In this document: one piece after another, positions 57,389 through 64,000 of the stretch | Numbering within the stretch: the stretch's first letter is position 1 | Layout of the letters: each line of letters starts with the position of its first letter | Assembly: GCA_965223345.1 (NCBI GenBank) | Contig: CBDCWG010000012.1 | Span: 2,848,001-2,912,000 of the forward strand | Direction of reading: 5' to 3' | DNA: 64,000 bases | From: Nitrospinales bacterium | Lineage (GTDB): Bacteria; Nitrospinota; Nitrospinia; Nitrospinales; VA-1 | Made by a program: the position numbers and the translations under genes | The notes under the pieces: model-generated | The model's input: the letters and a program-made list of their open reading frames with translations, nothing else | The model's database searches: none | Told to the model about the DNA's origin: nothing

Positions 57389-58672
57389 TCACGCTGTCAG
57401 AATTTTTGGCAACTGAAAATAAAACTTCGCTCCTTTACCCAATTCGCTGAACACCCCCACTTTCCCATGGTGCAAAGAAACCAGACCTTTTACGATATTC
57501 AGTCCCAACCCGGCGCTGTCTTCTCCTCCCGTAGGCTTGCTGCTTAAAGTCTGAAATTCTCTGAAAAGCAGTTTTTGTTCGTCTTTGCTGATTCCTGGCC
57601 CCTCATCCTGAACCGAAAACTCGACAGAATTATCGAGATTTTTCAGACTCACGCGGATCGTGCTGTTTCGCGGCGAAAATTTAATCGCGTTGCTGATCAA
57701 ATTGTCGATCACTTGCTCGATCCGGTTTTTATCAAAAACAAATTCAGGAACGTCATCCAATTCCGTCTGGAGTTTTATATCTTTATTGCTCAAATTCAGT
57801 TCGTACTGCTCGATCCGGTCCTTGGTGATTTCCCGGATGTCATTGCGTTTCATTTCGAGAACAATCTTCCCATGCTCCAACTTGGAATAATCCAATAGAT
57901 CCTGAATCAGCTTGGCCATAGAATCACTGGCTTTATGGATTCTCTTGATATAATTGCTTTGCTGCTCGTTCAGCGTGGTTTTTTCGCCATCCTCCAACAG
58001 GGATTTTGAAAACTCCGATATGACATAAAGAGGATTCCGCAAATCATGGGCGACCATTCCAATCAGCTTATCCTTGAACTGGTTCACCCTTTTTAGCTGG
58101 TTGTTGGACCGCTTCAATTCCTCGATCAATCTTTCATTTTCCTTTTCCTGCCGTTTTCTTTCAGTGATGTCCCTTTCCGTCGTGGCGATGAAACGCGGTT
58201 GCCCCGATTCGTCTTTTATCACCGTTTGAGTCAACCAGATATCCAGTATTTTTCTATCCTTGGTGATTCTCTGGGTTTCATAGGATTGAATGATACCTCC
58301 CTTTCTCAGTTTGTTGACAATTTCGCAATTATTCTTGAATATCTGTTTCGGGATGATATCGGCAATGTTTTTGCCTGTCATTTCAGAGCTTGAGTACCCA
58401 TAAATTTTCTCCGCAGCCCGGTTCCAGCTGACGATGGTTCCATCAAAATTCTGAAGCGTGATGGCGTCGTTCGAATCTTTCACAACCGTAGCCAGTGTTT
58501 GCAAATCCCTGAGGTTTTCCTTGCAGCGCATCTCCGCTTCATTATGTCGATCAACGCGGTTTCTCAACGCTTCCAGTTCACGAATGAGTTCTTTTCTTGA
58601 TTTATTTTCATAAATGTCACTTTCACCATGAAGATGTTTTCGATCGATTGAATTTTCTTTGTGTGTGTTCAT
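57389..58672 (-). CDS. PAS-domain sensor histidine kinase (cytoplasmic)
   Basis: PAS SWNRAAEKIYGYS...RDITERK; VAHDLRNPL; NLISNAIKFSP; DEGPG; GLGL; AT-rich; start uncertain. Confidence 0.9.
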   Translation of the reverse strand: MNTHKENSIDRKHLHGESDIYENKSRKELIRELEALRNRVDRHNEAEMRCKENLRDLQTLATVVKDSNDAITLQNFDGTIVSWNRAAEKIYGYSSSEMTGKNIADIIPKQIFKNNCEIVNKLRKGGIIQSYETQRITKDRKILDIWLTQTVIKDESGQPRFIATTERDITERKRQEKENERLIEELKRSNNQLKRVNQFKDKLIGMVAHDLRNPLYVISEFSKSLLEDGEKTTLNEQQSNYIKRIHKASDSMAKLIQDLLDYSKLEHGKIVLEMKRNDIREITKDRIEQYELNLSNKDIKLQTELDDVPEFVFDKNRIEQVIDNLISNAIKFSPRNSTIRVSLKNLDNSVEFSVQDEGPGISKDEQKLLFREFQTLSSKPTGGEDSAGLGLNIVKGLVSLHHGKVGVFSELGKGAKFYFQLPKILTA

Positions 58673-58937
58673 CGCAGCGAATGGTTATATAGTTTGAAGG
58701 GATGTGTTCAGGTTTCAGATATCATGGGAAATATTTCTTTCCGGATTTTTTCTGAGCCTGCGGCCACTGGAGACGGATTCGTTTTATCAGGCAAAATCCT
58801 ATTCACCAACTGGTATACGCATAGGATACGACAATCAGAATAATCGTCCAGAAAAGAAGTTTTTTGTTGAACTCGTTATACAGCATGATCTTTTTATAAC
58901 CATCCATCTCTATCGATTCAACGTTGCTGCGGAAAAG

Positions 58938-58971
58938 AAAAAAAAAAGCGGCTCCCTCACCTGGGAGCCGC
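58938..58971 (-). terminator. Intrinsic terminator of the small secreted protein gene
   Basis: GCGGCTCCC-6-GGGAGCCGC with an A10 run on its left. Confidence 0.8.
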
Positions 58972-59003
58972 TCGGATTCAATGGTTCTTAATTGAGAATC
59001 CAC

Positions 59004-59300
59004 TCAGGCGGCCCCCCCTCGATCCATAGAGTAGTCATACCGTTTGGTCTCGCGAACAAAATCGAAATCCGCTTTTCCACCGGACGTGTCCGCCTTGACG
59101 GAATGCTGAGTGGAGACGCTGCCTTTTTCACGCGGGGTGTCCATCACAATCGGTTTTTCAGGCTTGTTGTCTTCGTCGATCCATTTGGTCCAGACTGCAT
59201 GGCGATCCAAGGCGCTGGTAGCAGGTTCATCTGCCCAAGCTACCCCTGAGCCAACGATGCAAAAAGTAATTGCGATCATCAGAACAATCAGCTTTTTCAT
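59004..59300 (-). CDS. Small secreted hypothetical protein
   Basis: RBS AGGAGG; signal peptide MKKLIVLMIAITFCIVGSGVAWA; terminator downstream. Confidence 0.75.
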   Translation of the reverse strand: MKKLIVLMIAITFCIVGSGVAWADEPATSALDRHAVWTKWIDEDNKPEKPIVMDTPREKGSVSTQHSVKADTSGGKADFDFVRETKRYDYSMDRGGAA

Positions 59301-59741
59301 GACAAACCTCCTATGAAAATCGAGTGGTTGACAGGACGGTGAAAACAGCTTGAAACCCTCAATTGCGGCATCCAGATAAGCACTGAATTATTGAATTCAA
59401 AACAGCCGTCTATTTTTTCACCGCCGCCCGAGCGGGCCGTTAATTTGTTATTGGATAAATAAAACCGGCTGTTTCGATGTCAAGAAAATTAAAAAATTTT
59501 AACCTAAAAAAAACAGCCAATCAGGCCAGCGAATTTTTCGGATTTTCAGACTTGCGGAGAGGGGGGCCAAAATCCAGAGGCTCAAAGAAAGAGAGTCAAC
59601 GCATACATGTTCCAGGGGTGGACCGGCAACCGGCGTGGCCGGCGGGCTCATGCGGACGCACTTCGAGTGGATGTCATACCGCGCGAACGATTCACGCAAG
59701 GCATGACGGGAGCTCCAATCAGGCTGTAGCTGTAGTTTGAA

Positions 59742-60707
59742 TCAGCAGCCGAGGCTTTCCACCGCGTCTTCCAGCGACATGGCGATGCAGGAGAAGATCG
59801 GCGTGTCTTTTTCCACGTAGCGGCTGCCTTCGGTTTCCCGCAGTTCCTGCACGAGATCGAGAAAGTCGCCGGGGTAGTCCGACTCGAACGCAACGACAAA
59901 CTCGTTGTCGTCGATGCCAAACGAATACGTGGTGTTCAGCTTGACGGAGGGGTACTTGTTCCCCACGAAAATGTGCTCGTCCATGATGCCCTGGCGGGTG
60001 AACTGGGTGAGCAGGTACCATTCCCGTTTTTTCACGAAGGGGTAGATGAACAGGTACTTGGCCTTGCCGGGGATGATGTGGGTGCGGTCTTCCTCATGCT
60101 CGGGGTTGAACATGTCCTGGTACATCGACCGCTTGGTCTGGGAAAGATACGAATAGGTGACGTCGAGGTATTTCCCCAGTCCCGTTTTGTAGAGCCGGGT
60201 GCTCATTTTCTGAAAATTTTCCATCTCGTAGCTGATGCGCCACAGCATGATCTCGGCATCGGGGCGGATGCCCATGACCGAATAGCTGAGCAGGATCATG
60301 TCCGAGTTGCTGTCGAACTCTTCCAGCACGTCGAGAAATTCCCGCTTACCCTTTTCCCGCTCTTCTTCGGGCAGACGCCGGAACGCCGGGTCGAGCTTGT
60401 AGAACACGAAATTCACGAACTGGCGCTTGACTTCCTTTTCCTCGCTCTTGGCGCCTTTCTCGGCAACCTGTGCCCGCTTGGCGCGCGCATCGGCCATGGC
60501 AGCCCCTTCCCGTTCCTGACGGGCGCGGGAGACCACTTCGTCGTCGATGAGATCGATGCTCTTGTCCTTGGCGTACTGCTCGATGCCGCGCACGACGCTC
60601 TTGCGCACGAAAAACGGCACGTTCTTCATGCGCTCCATCGCACTGTCGGTCCATTTCAGCTCGGTGGCCGGCATCAATTCTTCCAACTCTTTGTCATCAA
60701 TGGCCAT
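59742..60707 (-). CDS. PCP_red domain fused to a chlorite dismutase-fold, ChdC/HemQ-like heme protein
   Basis: N-terminal WTDSAMERMKNVPFFVRKSVVRGIEQYA; C-terminal YPFVKKREWYLL, MDEH, NTTYSFGIDDNEFVVAFE, LRETE. Confidence 0.8.
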   Translation of the reverse strand: MAIDDKELEELMPATELKWTDSAMERMKNVPFFVRKSVVRGIEQYAKDKSIDLIDDEVVSRARQEREGAAMADARAKRAQVAEKGAKSEEKEVKRQFVNFVFYKLDPAFRRLPEEEREKGKREFLDVLEEFDSNSDMILLSYSVMGIRPDAEIMLWRISYEMENFQKMSTRLYKTGLGKYLDVTYSYLSQTKRSMYQDMFNPEHEEDRTHIIPGKAKYLFIYPFVKKREWYLLTQFTRQGIMDEHIFVGNKYPSVKLNTTYSFGIDDNEFVVAFESDYPGDFLDLVQELRETEGSRYVEKDTPIFSCIAMSLEDAVESLGC

Positions 60708-60906
60708 ATCGATGTTCTCTTCGGAAAAGGTTTCAGAATGCGGGGGAAGCGAAGATTATAGGGGAAATTCGCCGAAATTGAAAGGGTTTTGACGGCGGGC
60801 CGAAAGGTTAACCCTTTACGCTTCAAGCATCCACATCCATTTGGGCTTTCGTCTCATGATAGACTGGAGATGCTGCAATTTCAACCTCAAAAGGGACGAC
60901 GCTGTG

Positions 60907-62109
60907 ATGAATACGAGCGACTATATCCGACTGGAGAACGAATACGGGGCCCACAATTACAAACCTCTGGACGTGGTGCTGTGCCGCGGCGAAGGCATCT
61001 GGGTGCACGATGTGGAGGGCAGGCGCTATCTGGACTGCCTTTCGGCCTATTCGGCGGTGAATCAGGGCCACTGCCACCCGCGCATCCTCAAGGCCCTGGT
61101 TCGTCAGGCGGAACAGCTCACCCTGGTTTCGCGCGCCTTCCGGCACGATCAGCTGGGCCTGTTCTACAAGGAAATCTGCGAGCTGACCGACTCGCACAGC
61201 GTGCTGCCGATGAACAGCGGCGCAGAGGCGGTGGAGACGGCCATCAAGGCGGTGCGCAAATGGGGGTATCAGGTCAAGGGGGTGCCCGAAGGGTTGGCCG
61301 AGATCGTGGTCTGCGAGAACAATTTCCACGGCCGCACGCTGACCATCGTCGGCTTCAGCACCGAGCCGCAGTACAAGGAAGGCTACGCGCCGTTCACGCC
61401 GGGATTCAAAATCATCCCCTTCGGCGACGCGCAGGCGCTGGAGCGGGCCATCACCCCCAACACGGTGGCGTTTCTGGTGGAGCCGATTCAGGGCGAAGGC
61501 GGCGTGATCGTGCCGCCGGACGATTACCTCAAGAAAGTGCGGGCGATCTGCGACGAGCACAACGTCATGCTGGTGCTGGACGAGATCCAGACCGGGCTCG
61601 GGCGCACGGGCAAACTGTTCGCCGAGGAACACGCGGGCGTGCAGTCCGACCTCACGCTCATCGGCAAGGCGCTGTGCGGCGGCTTCTACCCCGTGTCCGC
61701 CGTGCTGTCCAACAAGGAAGTGCTGGGCGTGTTCAAACCGGGCGACCACGGCAGCACCTTCGGCGGCAACCCGCTGGGCTGCGCGGTGGCGCGCGAATCG
61801 CTGAAAGTGCTGATCGAGGAAAACATGATCGGAAACGCCGCCGAGCTGGGCGAGTACTTCATGACGCGGCTGAAAGCCATCCCCTCAAAACACGTGCAGG
61901 AAGTGCGCGGCAAGGGACTCTTGATCGGCGTCGAGCTGAACGAGCAGGCCGGAGGCGCGCGCCGCTTCTGCGAGGCGCTGGCGCAAAAGGGGCTGCTCTG
62001 CAAGGAGACGCACGAAAACGTCATCCGCTTCGCGCCGCCGCTCATCATCAAGAAGCCGGAAATCGATGCGGCGCTGGAAAAAATCGAGGACGTGTTGATG
62101 CAGGGTTGA
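60907..62109 (+). CDS. rocD: Ornithine aminotransferase
   Basis: [62 protein letters not shown]. Confidence 0.95.
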   Translation: MNTSDYIRLENEYGAHNYKPLDVVLCRGEGIWVHDVEGRRYLDCLSAYSAVNQGHCHPRILKALVRQAEQLTLVSRAFRHDQLGLFYKEICELTDSHSVLPMNSGAEAVETAIKAVRKWGYQVKGVPEGLAEIVVCENNFHGRTLTIVGFSTEPQYKEGYAPFTPGFKIIPFGDAQALERAITPNTVAFLVEPIQGEGGVIVPPDDYLKKVRAICDEHNVMLVLDEIQTGLGRTGKLFAEEHAGVQSDLTLIGKALCGGFYPVSAVLSNKEVLGVFKPGDHGSTFGGNPLGCAVARESLKVLIEENMIGNAAELGEYFMTRLKAIPSKHVQEVRGKGLLIGVELNEQAGGARRFCEALAQKGLLCKETHENVIRFAPPLIIKKPEIDAALEKIEDVLMQG

Positions 62110-62223
62110 AGTTCCAAACTGGAAATTTCAAAAGCAGAGGAGAGGTGCTTCATGCGCCCGAAACGCCTTAAATATAACATTTTACTTGATCGCCCTGCCC
62201 TTCCCCGCTAAGATTCCTGCGTT

Positions 62224-62664
62224 ATGAATGCGCTCGTTTTCGCTATGAAAAAACCTTCTCTTCAGCTTGCGCTGCTGGCCGTTTTCACGCTGCTTTGCGC
62301 GGGAAACGTTTCCGGTGCGGAAGCGCTCGACCGGATGGAAGTGCGCTCGGCCGTGTCCAGCGAGGTGTCGCTGATCCGCTACGCGCACCGCCTGCAGGAC
62401 AAGGTGTACGCCAACTGGCAGACGCCCGACTCTCTGGAAGATTTCGACGAGGATCTCAAGCCCGCGGTGGTTTCGTTCTGGGTGCTGCACGACGGACGCA
62501 TTCTGGGAGCCAAGGTGCAGAAAAGCACGGGCGAGGAAGAGCTGGACGATCTGGCTCTGAAAGCGGTGCAACGCTCGAAACCGTTCCCGAAGTTCCCCGA
62601 CGATCTGAAAGAGCGCAATTCGATGAAGGTGTCGATCCAGTTCCGCTACATCGCCAACCACTGA
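62224..62664 (+). CDS. Secreted TonB C-terminal (TonB_2/TolA-like) domain protein
   Basis: Signal peptide; KVYANW, DGRI, KSTGEEELDDLALKAVQRSKPFPKFP. Confidence 0.8.
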   Translation: MNALVFAMKKPSLQLALLAVFTLLCAGNVSGAEALDRMEVRSAVSSEVSLIRYAHRLQDKVYANWQTPDSLEDFDEDLKPAVVSFWVLHDGRILGAKVQKSTGEEELDDLALKAVQRSKPFPKFPDDLKERNSMKVSIQFRYIANH

Positions 62665-62670
62665 CCCCCG

Positions 62671-64000
62671 CTACTTTCTTTTCCCGCCCAGTCCGGAGTG
62701 CTTGAAGATCTCCGACATGGCGCCGAGAAAATTGGCTTCCTCTTTGGAGCGGATTTCTTTTGCGTGTTTTTCCGCATCGAAAATATTGAGACGAATCTCC
62801 GGCGGGCGTCCCAGCTGCTTGCGCAGCGCTTCTCCGCTCTGCACGGGCGCGTGGCAGGTGCCCTGCTTGCATAAGTACACCGCAGGCTCGCCCTTGATCG
62901 CGGACTTGCCTTCGGCCAGCGGGATGCGTTCCCGCACCGCTTCGCTTTCGTTCCACAGAGTGATCTTGTTGGGGCGGTAGTCCTCCTGCAGCACCGTCTG
63001 CATCTCGGCAAACGCCGGGTGCTCTCTGGGACCGGCGAACACCACTTCCGTGAGCAGGGTCAGGTGAAAGTCCAGAGCGGCGAGACAGCCTGAGTAGGCG
63101 GCCGGACTTTTTTCCATTTTGTCGAGAAAGGCCTGCAACACGCCTTTGCCCTTTTTGGCGTATTCGTCCTTCCCCGTCAGGTGCGCCAGCTTGAACAACG
63201 CCAGCGCCGCCTTGGCGTTGGCCGAGGGGATGGCTTCGTCGGCGGCGGTTTTCAGCCGCGTGATGAGCTTTTCATGATCGTTGCCGGTCATGAAGAAGCC
63301 GCCGTCCTTCGCATCCCAGAACTGCTCGATCATGCGGTCGGCGAGCAAAACGGCGCGGTCGATCCACTCGATCTCAAACGACGCTTCGTACAGGGCGATC
63401 AGCCCTTCCAACAGATAAGCGTGGTCGTCGAGACAACCGTCGATCCTGACGACGCCGTTTTTATGGATGCGCTTCAGGCCTGTGTCCGTCCACAGGTTCT
63501 GCCAGATGAACCCGGCGGCGCGGCTGGCGGCATCGAGGTATTTTTTCTCATGCAGGATAGCATAGCCGTTGGCGAGCGCGTGGATCACCAGCCCGTTCCA
63601 GGCGGTGATGTTCTTTTCATCGCGGAACGGCCGCTGGCGTTTGTTCCGCACGTCGTACAGGGTTTTGAGGCCGCTCTTTAAGACGTGCTGCACCTCGAAG
63701 ATGGGGACGCTTTCCTCCTCGGCGATCGTTTCCATGCTGTCCTTGACGTGCAGGACATTTTTCTTCTGGAAGTTGCCGGCGGCGGTGATCCCGTAGGCGC
63801 GTGCGAAGATCTTGGCGTGGCGCGGGCCCAGGGCGTTCAGCACGTCTTTCAACTCCCAGACGTAAAACGTGCCCTCCTCCCCTTCCGTGTCCGCATCCTG
63901 GCTGGAACAGAACACGCCTTCTTCGGTGGTCATCTCGCGCAGGACGTAATCGAGGGTGCGCTGCGCAGTTTCCTTGTAGATGTCCTGCTTGGTGGCCTGG
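62671..64000 (-). CDS. YyaL/SSP411-like thioredoxin-domain protein, 5' part outside the window
   Basis: SSQDADTEGEEGTFYVW, RDEKNITAWNGL, LDDHAY, DEAIPSAN, VYLCKQGTCHAP. Confidence 0.9.
   Translation of the reverse strand, partial: QATKQDIYKETAQRTLDYVLREMTTEEGVFCSSQDADTEGEEGTFYVWELKDVLNALGPRHAKIFARAYGITAAGNFQKKNVLHVKDSMETIAEEESVPIFEVQHVLKSGLKTLYDVRNKRQRPFRDEKNITAWNGLVIHALANGYAILHEKKYLDAASRAAGFIWQNLWTDTGLKRIHKNGVVRIDGCLDDHAYLLEGLIALYEASFEIEWIDRAVLLADRMIEQFWDAKDGGFFMTGNDHEKLITRLKTAADEAIPSANAKAALALFKLAHLTGKDEYAKKGKGVLQAFLDKMEKSPAAYSGCLAALDFHLTLLTEVVFAGPREHPAFAEMQTVLQEDYRPNKITLWNESEAVRERIPLAEGKSAIKGEPAVYLCKQGTCHAPVQSGEALRKQLGRPPEIRLNIFDAEKHAKEIRSKEEANFLGAMSEIFKHSGLGGKRK

Noticed and set aside
59742..60707. 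Functional chlorite dismutase
   Set aside because: The distal Arg is not evident and the motifs fit ChdC-like proteins better
1..64000. CRISPR arrays, tRNA/rRNA genes, transposases, integrases, prophage genes
   Set aside because: No regularly spaced repeat-spacer pattern, cloverleaf, rRNA-like tract or recombinase/transposase motif was recognised by eye; short RNAs could have been missed

Overview
About 64 kb of GC-rich bacterial chromosome. Gene content and protein style suggest a Nitrospina-like organism (inference only; no marker RNA gene is present). Housekeeping genes (ampG, alr, pyrD, rph, nth, ilvN-ilvC-psd-pssA-accD, selO, rocD) are interspersed with accessory modules. The best candidate for an undescribed system is a tightly linked four-gene operon at 11983-17326. 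It encodes a MotB/PomB-like protein with a ~285-aa cytoplasmic coiled coil, a class I adenylate cyclase lying between the two stator genes, a MotA/PomA-like protein with Na+-type signatures, and a pentapeptide-repeat protein; there are no flagellar genes in the window. Other highlights: (1) an exosortase O / PEP-CTERM integral membrane protein / creBC locus preceded by four TTCA(C/T) boxes at exact 11-bp spacing (cre-tag); (2) a 2118-aa signal-peptide-bearing, teneurin-like Rhs/YD protein with FG-GAP repeats, an apparently frameshifted low-GC C-terminal tip and a downstream candidate immunity lipoprotein; (3) three tandem lipoprotein paralogues with near-identical C-termini and variable middles; (4) several unusual fusions (bactofilin-TM-TPR, PCP_red-ChdC-like, cNMP-pseudo-HisKA). 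No rRNA, tRNA, CRISPR array, transposase or integrase was recognised. All family calls come from motif recognition by eye, not from database searches.
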